From Aulosira sp. ZfuVER01 (GTDB taxonomy: Bacteria > Cyanobacteriota > Cyanobacteriia > Cyanobacteriales > Nostocaceae), in NCBI GenBank assembly GCA_034530615.2, contig JAVRCV020000016.1, forward strand, positions 1-64,000: DNA of 64,000 nt. Direction: 5' to 3'. The translations under genes and the position numbers were made by a program. The notes under the pieces are model-generated. The model saw only the letters and a program-made list of their open reading frames with translations, ran no database searches and was not told the DNA's origin. This document shows, one piece after another, positions 53,305 to 64,000 of the stretch (within the stretch, counting starts at the first letter, position 1; every line of letters begins with the position of its first letter).

Positions 53305-54768
53305 TCAGCCAACACCTAAGATACAGCCAACACGAGGGTCAAGCGACAACGAAAGTTGTTGGTTTTCTCCTTCATTGTGCCATTCCACCTCAGCATTGCC
53401 ATATAAAAGTTTGTTAGGTTGAGTACGCAAACTGCTAATAGCAATATTTGCTTTTGCTGATGCTGTACCAGCATTAACAGCAATAATCAATTCCTCAGTT
53501 CCTAAAGTTCTTGCAAAGACGTAAAGTTCCCCTTGAGCATAGAGAACTTGATAATCACCTATACGCAATGATGGGTAACTATGCCGGAGGGCAATTAATT
53601 GGCGGTGAGTTTGGAGTATTTCACGATCCCAGCTAGCTTCTAGGGGAAAGCCACGGCGTGAATCGGGATCTATAGCACCAGGTAAACCAACTTCATCACC
53701 ATAGTAGACGCTAGGGGCACCAGGAAAAGTAAGTAACAATAAGGTGGCTAATTCTACACTAGGTTTATCCCCCCCAGAAATAGTCATTAACCTTGCGGTA
53801 TCATGACTTGCTAGTAAATTTAATTGGGTAAGCTGAATTTCCCAAGGGTACAGTTGTAATACTTCTTGAATTTGGGCAGCATACTCAGCAGCAAATAAAG
53901 GTGGGTAGGGTTTATAGTCGCGGCTTTGCACTTGATCTAAGACTACGCGATCGCCTGCGGCAAAGGCGATGGTTGGCCCAGCAAAGAGATAATTCATCAC
54001 GCCGTCAAATTGAGTTCCATCTAGCCACTCACGAGAATCTCCCCAAACTTCACCGACAATATAAGCTTCAGGATTAATCGCTTTAACGCGATCGCGAAAT
54101 TCTTGCCAAAAACCAGGTGTTTTAATTTCAAAAGGCACATCTAACCGCCAACCGTCAATGCCAAATTTAATCCAATATTCGGCAATTTCCATAATATATT
54201 CCTTAACTTCAGGGTTGCCGTGGTTAAATACTGGCAAAGCGCGATTTCCTCCCCAACCTTCATAGTTAGCAGGGAAATCACCGTTATAGGCTGAAAGGGG
54301 CCAACCTTCCACCTTGAACCAATTCACCCAAGGGGAATGAGGGCCATTTTCTAAAACGTCGTGGAAAAAGAAAAAGCCTCGGCTGGAGTGATTGAAGACT
54401 CCATCCAAAACAACTTTGATATTGCGTTGATGGGCGGCGTCTAGCAATTCCTTAAAAGCTTCGTTGCCTCCCAAGAGTGGATCGACTTGATAATAATCGT
54501 GGGTATGGTAGCGATGATTACTAGCGGATTGAAAAATTGGCGTGAAGTAGACAGCGTTAATCCCTAAATCCTGTATGTAATCCAAACCCTCCATAATGCC
54601 CCATAAATCCCCGCCTTTGTAGCCTTGGAGTGTTGGCATAGCTTCCCAATCCTCCCAACGGGCCTCACGTAAGAGTCGTTTGCGAGGCTGTTTGCTTCTA
54701 GCAAAGCGATCTGGAAAGATTTGGTAGAAAACAGCGTGTTTAACCCAGTCTGGTGTTTGAATTTGCAT
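53305..54768 (-). CDS. GH13 neopullulanase/cyclomaltodextrinase-like glycoside hydrolase
   Basis: YQIFPDRF, DGVFNH, GWRLDV, GEVW, SHD. Confidence 0.93.
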   Translation of the reverse strand: MQIQTPDWVKHAVFYQIFPDRFARSKQPRKRLLREARWEDWEAMPTLQGYKGGDLWGIMEGLDYIQDLGINAVYFTPIFQSASNHRYHTHDYYQVDPLLGGNEAFKELLDAAHQRNIKVVLDGVFNHSSRGFFFFHDVLENGPHSPWVNWFKVEGWPLSAYNGDFPANYEGWGGNRALPVFNHGNPEVKEYIMEIAEYWIKFGIDGWRLDVPFEIKTPGFWQEFRDRVKAINPEAYIVGEVWGDSREWLDGTQFDGVMNYLFAGPTIAFAAGDRVVLDQVQSRDYKPYPPLFAAEYAAQIQEVLQLYPWEIQLTQLNLLASHDTARLMTISGGDKPSVELATLLLLTFPGAPSVYYGDEVGLPGAIDPDSRRGFPLEASWDREILQTHRQLIALRHSYPSLRIGDYQVLYAQGELYVFARTLGTEELIIAVNAGTASAKANIAISSLRTQPNKLLYGNAEVEWHNEGENQQLSLSLDPRVGCILGVG

Positions 54769-55378
54769 AAATTACTTTCTATACCTACAGGAGCGATCGT
54801 TGCAAATAATAGCTTCTTTGTGGTTCTTACTTGTGGTAGATAATTATGCAAATCTCAAATATTGATTGTTACACCCTATCTTCTGGCTGTAAGGAAAATG
54901 TTACTTATAGAAAATGGTTTAACTACTGCATATAATTTCTCCAAATGCTTATCTGTTTAGTAATTGATGAATTAATTAATAATTCTTTATTTTTCTCTAT
55001 TGAACTTTGTCCGTAATAATTGAGGTAGATACTGGAGCAATAAAAAGCATTATCGAAAATAACTTTAGTTACTAATCATAATTAGCAATACCTATGCTTC
55101 ATTGGATTGAAAATTATTATAGGAGCCTGTAATTAGTTAATTTCTCCCTCTAGCAACGGATGAAAGAATAATGCTCTTAGTCACTTCTTGTTTGTTCGCT
55201 GGCTTCTGCCTTGTGTTTTTGGGAAGTTATTTGCACTTTGAGCAAAACTTTAGATAACTATAATCGCAACTAAGAATATAAGCTAAAAAATTACCATTTT
55301 GGTATTTATGCTAAAACAACTAAGATTACTAAAACCAATAGATTTATTTAGGGAATTCACATAGACGTGGAGACAAAT

Positions 55379-57106
55379 ATGAGACCAGAAAAACTTTCTG
55401 CTGGGTTACTTTTGGCATATCAAGACTATCAAAATGAAGGTGAGCAAGCTTTAACAACGCACAAGCGATCGCTTGGTCTAATAGCCTCTAAAAGCGCTGT
55501 CAAGCCAACTAAAAGTATTGTTTTTCTCTACTGCGAACCTGATGCAGACTTGAGTCATTTAGAACAGTATGGAATTCGTGTGAATCAGAACTCCGGGAGT
55601 GTGCGAACGGCTTTCTTACCGTTACAGGCTTTAGATGCTTTATCTGAAGAAGATGTCATCCAGCGGATTAAACCATCCCGCAAACTCCATCTACGCATGG
55701 ATGTTGCACCAGGAAAAGTAAAACTGCCAGATTTTAAAAGCAAAACGGGATTGACTGGGAAGGGAGTCATCATTGGCATTATAGACAGTGGCATTGACCC
55801 CAAGCACCCTGCCTTTGCCGGACGGATTTTACACATTTGGGATCAAACCCTGCCAGGCCCAGGAGTTAAAGAAGGTGACTATGGGGCTGAATTTGCAGGA
55901 GAACAACTTAGTGTTTCTCAAGATACTGAAGGTCATGGCACTCATGTCGCCGGAATTGCTGCTGGTGCAGATGAAAACTATTCAGGAGTAGCACCAGAAG
56001 CAGAATTGGTCATCGTCAAGTCCGATTTACAAGATGCCCATATTGCCGATGCTGTCCGCTATGTTTTTCGCATAGCTGAGGAATTAAAACGACCAGTAGT
56101 GCTAAATATGAGCTTAGGTGGACACGCTGATGCTCATGATGGTAGTGACTCTCTTTCGCGGATTATTGACGCTGAAATTGGGCCAGGAAGGATTGTTTGT
56201 TGTGCAGCTGGTAACGAAGGGAACGACAACATTCACGGTCAAGCAAGCGTACCTGCACAAAAGTCACGCAATATGCGCTTTAATGTGCCTTTGAATCAAG
56301 TAGGCATAGTATGGTTAAACGGTTGGTATGATGGTGACAGCGAGTTAGAAATATCACTGCGCAGTCCCAACGGTTTCGTTACGCCCTTCCAAAAAATCAT
56401 TACTGAGGGAAATCCTACGCAAAATTACCAATTGCCAGATTCGCGGGTAGAAATTGTGACACCAGCCCCAGATAAAGGCAATGGCGACCACAATTTCTTT
56501 GTGCAAATTCGTGGTAATGGCCCTTCGCCAGTTATGGGGGGTATTTGGCAGTTGCGAGTACGTAATACAAGTTCCACTGACACACGCTTGGATGTATGGA
56601 CTCTTGACGATCACTCCTCAGTATTTTTTACAGGTAAAAGTGTTAAAGACTGTATAAAAATCGGCTCACCAGGAGCAGCTAGCAGTGCCATAACAGTTGC
56701 CGCTTATACTACAAAAGTTCAGTACACAGATATTGATAATCAGGTGCGAGACATGGGCTTAGATCTGGATACAATATCCGAGTTCAGTAGTGAAGGGCCA
56801 TTGCGTAATGATGGGCAAAAACCAGATATAGCCGCCCCAGGAGCAATGATTGTTTCTACACTATCTGCAAATGCTAATTGCGATCGCTCAATGATGCTCA
56901 ATTCCAAGTTTGTGGTAATGGCTGGTACAAGTATGGCAACACCATTTGTGACTGGTTTAGTAGCATTGCTACTACAACGCGATCCCAAGCTCGATCCAGC
57001 TACTGTGAAAGATTTGCTACGCAAAAATAGTTCTATCCCTGGTAAACCTCAAGGAACTTTTGATAGCAAATGGGGTTTTGGTGTGATTAATACAGCAAAT
57101 CTGTAA
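55379..57106 (+). CDS. S8 subtilisin-like serine peptidase with inserted beta domain, no obvious signal peptide
   Basis: IIDSG, GHGTHVAG, AAGNEG, GTSMATP. Confidence 0.93.
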   Translation: MRPEKLSAGLLLAYQDYQNEGEQALTTHKRSLGLIASKSAVKPTKSIVFLYCEPDADLSHLEQYGIRVNQNSGSVRTAFLPLQALDALSEEDVIQRIKPSRKLHLRMDVAPGKVKLPDFKSKTGLTGKGVIIGIIDSGIDPKHPAFAGRILHIWDQTLPGPGVKEGDYGAEFAGEQLSVSQDTEGHGTHVAGIAAGADENYSGVAPEAELVIVKSDLQDAHIADAVRYVFRIAEELKRPVVLNMSLGGHADAHDGSDSLSRIIDAEIGPGRIVCCAAGNEGNDNIHGQASVPAQKSRNMRFNVPLNQVGIVWLNGWYDGDSELEISLRSPNGFVTPFQKIITEGNPTQNYQLPDSRVEIVTPAPDKGNGDHNFFVQIRGNGPSPVMGGIWQLRVRNTSSTDTRLDVWTLDDHSSVFFTGKSVKDCIKIGSPGAASSAITVAAYTTKVQYTDIDNQVRDMGLDLDTISEFSSEGPLRNDGQKPDIAAPGAMIVSTLSANANCDRSMMLNSKFVVMAGTSMATPFVTGLVALLLQRDPKLDPATVKDLLRKNSSIPGKPQGTFDSKWGFGVINTANL

Positions 57107-57274
57107 TTAGATTGGGAGACGCGAGAAATTTAAATATTTAAATAGTGGATATCGCGTCTCTTAAATTAAGATTTTTTACTATATTGTAAAGACAATATTA
57201 ACTTCTGAAGCATTATTAAATACTTATTGGTATATCTTAATTGGTATAAATTTTGATAAACTAATAATTCTACA

Positions 57275-57925
57275 ATGATTATTCTTCGTATTCAAGAACT
57301 GATTGCAGGGAAAAATAATCAGATAAGTTTAGAGCAACTTAGTAAACTTTCAAATGTTTCCGTAGAAGAGATTCAGTCATACTCAAATATTGAGAATCCC
57401 ACAGATGAAATTGCGACAAAACTCAGAAAAATAGCAAAGCAACTAAATATATCTGTAGTCGAGTTAGTTGAACCAGTAAACAAACAACAAGCTTTTAAAC
57501 TCAAGATATCTGAAATAGCTAAAAGTAAGGGCTTAACACTTAAAGAATTGAGTGACATTTCCGGTATCCACCCTGCTTTTATTGAATTTTATAGTACACA
57601 GGCTATAAGAGAACAAACATTAGTAGAATCTTTATGCCAGACACACCTTAATCAAATCTGTGAAATATTAGGTTACAATCTAGTAGATTTGCAGGTTCCA
57701 GCCGAGTTGGCAGTTACTAAGCTGCGTTTAGAAGAGATCGTAAGGGAAAGAGGTATTACTTTAGAAAAATTGAGTCTTCTTATGGGATTACCCCATGAAT
57801 TTTTAGAATTTGTTGTTAATCAGCCTGTAAATATTTCTGAATTGTCTTGTGAATTCTGTTGCCAAATATTGGGACAAAATAATTGCGGAAAATGCAATTG
57901 TAATCAGTTAAATAACATAGTTTAA
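57275..57925 (+). CDS. Protein with three tandem Cro/XRE-like HTH repeats and a Cys-rich C-terminus
   Basis: LRIQEL..SLEQLSKLSNV; LKISEI..TLKELSDISGI; LRLEEI..TLEKLSLLMGL; tail CEFCC..CGKCNC. Confidence 0.75.
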   Translation: MIILRIQELIAGKNNQISLEQLSKLSNVSVEEIQSYSNIENPTDEIATKLRKIAKQLNISVVELVEPVNKQQAFKLKISEIAKSKGLTLKELSDISGIHPAFIEFYSTQAIREQTLVESLCQTHLNQICEILGYNLVDLQVPAELAVTKLRLEEIVRERGITLEKLSLLMGLPHEFLEFVVNQPVNISELSCEFCCQILGQNNCGKCNCNQLNNIV

Positions 57926-58130
57926 ATATTTTCTACATATTATTACATACATATTTATTTTAACTTTGTATCAATAGCTCTAAAGCCAAGCCCAAACTAA
58001 AATATTTTTTATGCAAACAAAATTATTGGTAGCCTAAAATATGCTCATAAATTTCCTTTTTTATCTGATTCATAAAATTACAAAAATTGTATTTATTATA
58101 ATGTGTTTATAATTTTAAATATAAAATTTT

Positions 58131-60164
58131 ATGAATAATAGCAATAATATTAAAAATTTTAATTTTACTGCCTGTAGTATAACTAATAAAAATTTTCAAA
58201 ACGCACGGGCAGGACATATTTTACATAAAACTATTTTAATAGTTACTATAGGCATTATTATTTCATTGTTTTGTGGTATATTACCTGTCGTATCGGCAAA
58301 TTCATTGGTAATTATTATAGATAATTTAATAAAAAAACCTAATTTAATTATTTTTATTGTGATAAATATAATTTTATACTTTTACAGCCTTTTTTTTATT
58401 GTTAATAGAGGTTTTAAAGTAATTGCATTTACGTTTATAATTTCACTAATTATCATTGGTACAATTGCTACTAGTTTCCTAAGATACCAAAATAGTAATT
58501 ATATTTCTCAATTGTTAATCCAAACACTTTTTTTGGGATTAAGTATAGTTTTTGCTTGGCTTGGAGTAATTACTACAGCTTTTACTATAACCTTTAATTA
58601 CCTATTTTTGGGAAGGTTAGCAGAAGTTATAACATCTTTTGAAGCTATTATTACAGCTTCAATTTTAGCAGCATGGTCACAAGATATTTCACAATCGATA
58701 TATGCTAAAATTATTATTATATTTATATCAATTATTCTGATAATAATAGGCGCAATTATATCAAGGTTAACATTAAAAAATTCGGGAAATTTCTATTGGA
58801 TTCGTGAGAAAGTTGTGTTTTGGGCTGCAACTGGTGGAACATCTTTTTATGGAGCAGATTTAACAGATGCTTGCTTTGATGGAGCAGATTTAAGACATAC
58901 AGACTTTAGAAAAGCAAATCTTACCCGTGCTAGCTTTAAAGATGTTACTGGTTTAGAATTAGCTAGACTCCAAGGCACTATATTAGAAGATTCTAGAGTT
59001 AGAAAGCTATTAACTACTAAGAATGGTCAAGGTGAAGATTTTACGGAAGCAAATTTGCAAGGTGCAAATTTACAAGGTGCAGATTTAAGAGAAGCAATTT
59101 TAGTTAAAGCTCAAGTATTAGATGCAGATTTTTCGGGCGCATTCCTAACAGATTCCTGTATTCAAAATTGGAATATTAACCATAACACTCGCTTTCAGAA
59201 TGTTGACTGTCAGCGTGTTTACTTAAAGCGTAGTTTACATGGACATTTTTTAGAGCCAAAACCAGATAGTGGAGAATTTAAACCTGGAGAATTTGAAAAA
59301 TGGATTACAGATGTTAGAGATACCATTGACTTGATTTTTCAAAATGGACTTAACTGGAGAGCTTTTGCCTTTTCTTTGACTCAAACTGCTATTAATAATG
59401 AAGGTCTAGGTTTATCTGTTCGCAGTATAGAGAATAAAGGTGATGGTGTCGTTGTTGCTAAAGTTGGTGTTTCTTTAGAAACTAATAAAAATGCTATTCA
59501 CGAAGAAATTACAACTCACTATCATCAAGCAGTACAAGCAATTGAGGCAAAATACGAACTCGTTCTCCAAGCCAAAGAAGGGGAAATACAAAGATTAAAA
59601 ACTTTCCATGATTCGCAGCAAAAATTTATTCAAGGATTAATTACGGGAATTGCTGAAACAAAACGGGAAGTTATTATTAAAGGTGAAGGCAATCGTGTAT
59701 ACATGATGAATCAAGCGGGTGACATTATGGAAAGTAATAATCAAAGTATTCGTGCAGGTGGGGATGTAGATATGTCTAGCGGTAATAAAATTACCGTAGG
59801 CGGAGATGTTACAAATTCCAACCTGACACTGGCAGATGCTAACAGCCAAGTTAGTAACTCAATTCAGCAACTTAGAGATATTAGTACTGAGACTAGCGAC
59901 CAGCTAGCGAAGATTTTAACTACCTTGCAAAAATCTATTACTGATGATTCTGCACTTTCTGATAGTCAAAAGAAAGAGGCATTAGAAGCAGTAGAAACTA
60001 TAGCAGAGGAAGGGAAAAAACCACCTGGGGAAAGAGTGCTTAAACTCTGTTCGTTAGCCGTAAATGCCCTCAAAGGTGTGACATCTGCGATTACAGATAC
60101 CAGTAAACTAGCTGAAGTCTTCAAAACTTATTTGCCTACCATTACCAGCTTACTAGGTCTTTAA
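58131..60164 (+). CDS. Membrane-anchored pentapeptide-repeat protein with C-terminal low-complexity motif and helical domain
   Basis: Multiple TMs, GGTSFYGADLTDACF, A(D/N)LXX repeats. Confidence 0.88.
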   Translation: MNNSNNIKNFNFTACSITNKNFQNARAGHILHKTILIVTIGIIISLFCGILPVVSANSLVIIIDNLIKKPNLIIFIVINIILYFYSLFFIVNRGFKVIAFTFIISLIIIGTIATSFLRYQNSNYISQLLIQTLFLGLSIVFAWLGVITTAFTITFNYLFLGRLAEVITSFEAIITASILAAWSQDISQSIYAKIIIIFISIILIIIGAIISRLTLKNSGNFYWIREKVVFWAATGGTSFYGADLTDACFDGADLRHTDFRKANLTRASFKDVTGLELARLQGTILEDSRVRKLLTTKNGQGEDFTEANLQGANLQGADLREAILVKAQVLDADFSGAFLTDSCIQNWNINHNTRFQNVDCQRVYLKRSLHGHFLEPKPDSGEFKPGEFEKWITDVRDTIDLIFQNGLNWRAFAFSLTQTAINNEGLGLSVRSIENKGDGVVVAKVGVSLETNKNAIHEEITTHYHQAVQAIEAKYELVLQAKEGEIQRLKTFHDSQQKFIQGLITGIAETKREVIIKGEGNRVYMMNQAGDIMESNNQSIRAGGDVDMSSGNKITVGGDVTNSNLTLADANSQVSNSIQQLRDISTETSDQLAKILTTLQKSITDDSALSDSQKKEALEAVETIAEEGKKPPGERVLKLCSLAVNALKGVTSAITDTSKLAEVFKTYLPTITSLLGL

Positions 60165-60180
60165 CCCGAATTTCTCACTC

Positions 60181-61038
60181 ATGCAAACCGATCCAAAACC
60201 TGGGACACTTTACGTTGTTGGCACTCCTATTGGCAATTTGGAAGATATTACCTTTCGGGCGGTGCGAATTTTGCAAACGGTGGATCTGATTGCTGCGGAA
60301 GATACCCGCCACACAGGGAAACTGCTACAACATTTTCAAATTAAAGTTCCTCAGGTGAGCTATCACGAACACAATCGTACCAGCCGAATTCCGGAATTAT
60401 TAGAGCATTTGGCTAATGGTAAGGCAATTGCTTTAGTCAGCGATGCGGGTATGCCGGGAATTTCCGATCCAGGGTATGAACTGGTGAAAGGCTGTGTGGA
60501 AGCGGGAATATCTGTAGTTCCGATTCCTGGTGCGAGTGCTGCAATTACAGCTTTAAGTGCATCTGGATTACCAACGGATCGGTTTGTGTTTGAAGGTTTT
60601 CTCTCAGCCAAAAGCCAACAACGGCGAGAATATTTAGAATCATTGCAAACAGAATCCCGCACTTTAATTTTCTACGAATCGCCTCACCGTTTGCGTGATA
60701 CTTTACAAGACTTAGGAGAAACGTTCGGAAGCGATCGCCAAATTGTCCTCGCTAGGGAACTCACCAAATTTTACGAGGAATTTTGGCGCGGCACAATTGC
60801 CGATGCGATCGCTCACTACAGCCAGCGCGAACCCCAAGGCGAGTATACTCTAGTGATAGCAGGAACTCCAGCCACTCAACCTCAACTCACAGAAGCGGAA
60901 ATCAAAGCCGAACTCGAACAATTAATCCGTCAGGGAATATCGCGATCGCAAGCTAGCCGTCAATTAGCAAAATTCTCTTCCCTACCGCGTCGTCAAATCT
61001 ATCAATTAGCTCTCTCGATTGTGCTTGATTCTGAGTAG
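60181..61038 (+). CDS. rsmI: 16S rRNA (cytidine1402-2'-O)-methyltransferase
   Basis: TPIGNLEDIT, AEDTR, SDAGMPGISDPG, YESPHR, RELTK. Confidence 0.96.
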   Translation: MQTDPKPGTLYVVGTPIGNLEDITFRAVRILQTVDLIAAEDTRHTGKLLQHFQIKVPQVSYHEHNRTSRIPELLEHLANGKAIALVSDAGMPGISDPGYELVKGCVEAGISVVPIPGASAAITALSASGLPTDRFVFEGFLSAKSQQRREYLESLQTESRTLIFYESPHRLRDTLQDLGETFGSDRQIVLARELTKFYEEFWRGTIADAIAHYSQREPQGEYTLVIAGTPATQPQLTEAEIKAELEQLIRQGISRSQASRQLAKFSSLPRRQIYQLALSIVLDSE

Positions 61039-61197
61039 GGATGCGTTATTTGACTTTCTAGGCAATGGCACTAAGCTGTTCCAAAAATATCCATCTCATT
61101 TATTTCAGTATAAATTTTGATACTAATCTAGTATTTACCCTGTAGTATTACTGATTTTTATTAATTATGATTATCTTAAAAAATAAAATCAAAAAAT

Positions 61198-61542
61198 ATG
61201 AGCAGGCTGTTAATTAAACTCATAGGTTTATTCTTACTTTTTCTGGGCTTATACTTTTTTGGACAAAATATCATATTTGCTACTGGTTACTATTCATATT
61301 TTTATCGCAAGATACCTGCAACTGGTTCAGTTTTAGCAATCATGGCTGGCGTGTTGTCATTAATCTTTTTTCGCAGAGAAACTGGTAACTTAGGATGGAT
61401 TTTATTAGGCGTAGGAATAGTTTTAGTTTTCTTAAGCGGCGGAGTTATTTTAAGACCAACTAGTTTGTGGAATTTTTTGGTTGCTTTTACAGCATTAGCA
61501 GCCGGATATAAATTGCTCACACAGGGCAGAATCAACTTTTAA
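61198..61542 (+). CDS. Small four-TM hypothetical membrane protein
   Basis: Hydrophobic 114-aa ORF. Confidence 0.75.
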   Translation: MSRLLIKLIGLFLLFLGLYFFGQNIIFATGYYSYFYRKIPATGSVLAIMAGVLSLIFFRRETGNLGWILLGVGIVLVFLSGGVILRPTSLWNFLVAFTALAAGYKLLTQGRINF

Positions 61543-61801
61543 AATAAAGCTATAAAAGTAGCAAATATTACTTAGCCATACCGTAATATAGTCAGGAAAA
61601 TTTGACGTGCGATCGCCCCCTATTCTCGACTTCCATAGCGATGGCGTTATAGCATAAATATTTGCCACATTTACGAAGTTCCAATAACCTACCTCAACAC
61701 CAAAAATTGCACTTTGTAATAGTTGTTGGGTAGGGGAGTTTTGCTAAGTTAGGGGCTGCTATTACAATGGAAACTGATCGATCATGAGGATACAGTAAGC
61801 A

Positions 61802-61981
61802 ATGACCCAGGTGGTTTTAGGAGAGAACGAAGGAATAGACTCAGCACTGCGTCGGTTTAAACGCCAGGTTTCAAAAGCTGGTATATTAGCTGACGTAAAG
61901 TATCATCGGCACTTTGAAACACCGTTGGAAAAAAAGAAACGTAAGGCAGTGGCAGCTAGACGCAAGAGACGTTTTAAATAA
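61802..61981 (+). CDS. rpsU: 30S ribosomal protein S21 (below the ORF-track size cutoff)
   Basis: [48 protein letters not shown]. Confidence 0.96.
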   Translation: MTQVVLGENEGIDSALRRFKRQVSKAGILADVKYHRHFETPLEKKKRKAVAARRKRRFK

Positions 61982-62205
61982 ACCTATTTTGGTGGTAGCG
62001 CTGTTTGAAGACAAGTTCTTAAACAAGCAACAAGACGTTGCCATGATTCTTACAAAAATTAACAAAGATTTACCGCACCCCTGTTAGGGGTGTGAGTTAA
62101 TTCCTTTCCCCAAGTGTGGGGCGTCTCAAATGTCTTAAATATGGTTGGATGGAGTAAGCGATAATCGCTACCCATCAACCAAAATCAGTTTAAAAAACCG
62201 TTTAG

Positions 62206-62847
62206 CTAAGACTCAGAAGTATCGATAGTGCGGCTATTACAACGGTTCATCGCCTTTTCTACTCCTTGTTTGAGGGTGAGTTCTACGCACTCAACCACAA
62301 ATTGAAGTACAAGAGACATCATTTGAGTTTCGCTAGCAGAAAAACGTCCAAGCACATGGGATACAGCCCCAGAATCGTCATTATTTGCTGCACCTTTTGG
62401 TTTACCAATACCGATTCGCAAACGTGGGAAGTTTTGAGAACTCAAATGTGCGATCGCACTTTTCATTCCATTATGCCCCCCAGCAGAACCAGACAAGCGC
62501 AAGCGAGTCTTTCCTAGCGGCAAATCCATCTCATCATAAATTACTAATACCGACTCTGGCGGCAATTTATACCAACTAGTTACTGCCTGTATAGCCTGTC
62601 CTGAGCGATTCATGTAAGTCAACGGCTTGAGCAAGCGGATTTTACCCCCAACTGGCGCAACACCTTCACCGAATTGCCCTTGAAACTTCCGATTTTCTGC
62701 TAAAGGAATTTGCCACGAACGCGAAAGCGCATCAACAGCCGCAAAGCCAATATTATGGCGCGTTTGGTCATATTTAGGCTCTGGATTCCCCAACCCGACA
62801 ATTAGCTGGGGAATCACCAAAGCTGGTTTTGTAACAGCCTCTGTCAT
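62206..62847 (-). CDS. pth: Peptidyl-tRNA hydrolase
   Basis: GLGNP, TRHNIGF, KPLTYMN.SG, GGHNG. Confidence 0.97.
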   Translation of the reverse strand: MTEAVTKPALVIPQLIVGLGNPEPKYDQTRHNIGFAAVDALSRSWQIPLAENRKFQGQFGEGVAPVGGKIRLLKPLTYMNRSGQAIQAVTSWYKLPPESVLVIYDEMDLPLGKTRLRLSGSAGGHNGMKSAIAHLSSQNFPRLRIGIGKPKGAANNDDSGAVSHVLGRFSASETQMMSLVLQFVVECVELTLKQGVEKAMNRCNSRTIDTSES

Positions 62848-62882
62848 TTTGACTCTAGTCAATCGATATGCAGCACTTAACT

Positions 62883-63155
62883 TTAGCCTTTTGGCGAAGA
62901 ACTAGCAGTGTCATGCTCCAATTGTGCTGATTCGATTTGCTTAGGTTCAAGTTCAGCAGTAGTCTTGACAGCTTGTTCTAGTTGTTCGGCTTCTCGCTTA
63001 AACTCGGTTTGAAATTCGTTAGAGGCTTCTTGAAAGCCACGAATTGCTTTACCCAAGCTACGACCAATTTCTGGCAACTTTTTCGGGCCAAAGACTAATA
63101 GTGCCACTACCAAAATTACAGCCATTTCCGGCAGACCAATACCAAATATATTCAT
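62883..63155 (-). CDS. tatA: Twin-arginine translocase TatA/E
   Basis: [18 protein letters not shown]. Confidence 0.95.
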   Translation of the reverse strand: MNIFGIGLPEMAVILVVALLVFGPKKLPEIGRSLGKAIRGFQEASNEFQTEFKREAEQLEQAVKTTAELEPKQIESAQLEHDTASSSPKG

Positions 63156-63261
63156 GGGTGTTCTCCTATAAATCTACAGAGCAAGCAGGGAAGGAGAATA
63201 CTATCTTCCCATTTATCTATGTTGACTTGTTTTAGATTATTTTTTTCAATATGAAATCTAC

Positions 63262-63284
63262 AAAAAAACCCGGACGATCCGGGT
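63262..63284 (-). terminator. Terminator after psbH
   Basis: ACCCGGATCGTCCGGG followed by T7 on the minus strand. Confidence 0.75.
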
Positions 63285-63325
63285 GTCGCTTCGCTAATTC
63301 TAAAATCTCAATAGCTTTGTATAAG

Positions 63326-63529
63326 TTAACGACCTATACTGCGCCAATCAACAAATACATCCTGGATCAGGATGGTCTTGTTATAGACTTGCAGAATAAT
63401 CAGCAGAAAAACGAAGAATAATAGCATAAAAACAGCCATTACAGGTGTAGTTCCCCAACCCGGAGAAACTTTACCATACTCAGAGTTCAAGGGTCTCAGT
63501 ATATCTCCCAACCTAGTCCTTTGTGCCAT
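63326..63529 (-). CDS. psbH: Photosystem II PsbH
   Basis: [19 protein letters not shown]. Confidence 0.96.
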   Translation of the reverse strand: MAQRTRLGDILRPLNSEYGKVSPGWGTTPVMAVFMLLFFVFLLIILQVYNKTILIQDVFVDWRSIGR

Positions 63530-63976
63530 AGTCCCCCTAAGATTACTTGCCAAAGCTTTTTTTTATCTTCTGTAATATTCTTTGACACTCACCTGATAAA
63601 AATCAAGTGATTCTTGGTTCCACGAGGTTGCCTGCTTTAATAGGACGTATCCAACTAAAGTAGAGGCATCTTCTCCACGCCAGTTGCTTCAACGCGGGAA
63701 ACCCGCGCAACGCACTGGCTCCCAAGCATAAATTCCGGCGTGCCCCGCCGTACTCGTACCAATGAGGTTTTGTGTTTGTTTGGTTTCGTAAGCTACTAAA
63801 TCGTGAGATTAGTTTACGTAGTGTTTAGACTGAGAAACACTTTTTGCGTTGCTTACTTATTCTTGATTACATTACAATAACATAATGAAGACTCTTTAAA
63901 ACCTGCTTGCGCCTTTGAGCAGAACACTGAATTGACAGTGTTTTCAGGCAATTTTCATATAACCTATCTTTAAATT

Positions 63977-64000
63977 ATGGAACCAGCAATAGTTCTTACA
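63977..64000 (+). CDS. psbN: Probable start of PsbN (partial at window end)
   Basis: MEPAIVLT, divergent from psbH as in the usual psbH/psbN layout; only 8 codons visible. Confidence 0.6.

Noticed and set aside
53067..53417. 116-aa plus-strand ORF after the fasciclin gene
   Set aside because: Spans a hairpin repeat and overlaps the convergent GH13 gene; no recognisable motif
55379..57106. S8 protease as a PatA/PatG-like maturase of the YcaO cluster
   Set aside because: Separated by tRNA and housekeeping genes, on the opposite strand, and no cyanobactin-protease C-terminal domain recognised

Overview
Chromosomal window from a filamentous Nostocales-type cyanobacterium, judged from abundant HIP1 GCGATCGC sites, STRR heptamer repeats, atpD/atpC, psbH/psbN, PSRP-3 and an FtsH4-type protease. 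Housekeeping genes (acs, atpDC, ftsH, rpoZ, rsmI, rpsU, pth, tatA, psbH, tRNA-Pro) alternate with accessory blocks. The standout is a minus-strand cluster at ~40.1-50.3 kb: C39-peptidase ABC exporter, filamentous-haemagglutinin-family protein, two precursor genes, a fused TOMM cyclodehydratase (YcaO) and a PAS-GGDEF protein. Each precursor has a double-glycine leader, a variable 40-50 aa core and a C-terminal peptidase-S74-like auto-cleaving intramolecular chaperone domain, an arrangement I do not recognise from described RiPP classes. A second highlight is a small-protein/NACHT gene pair (33.8-36.4 kb) sharing a 23-aa Q/N/S-rich N-terminal motif suggestive of amyloid-type NLR signalling. The window also holds an IS4 remnant with matching MITEs, an ISAs1 element, several pseudogenes and small repeats inserted in-frame in genes. 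All calls are by-eye motif recognition; no searches were run.
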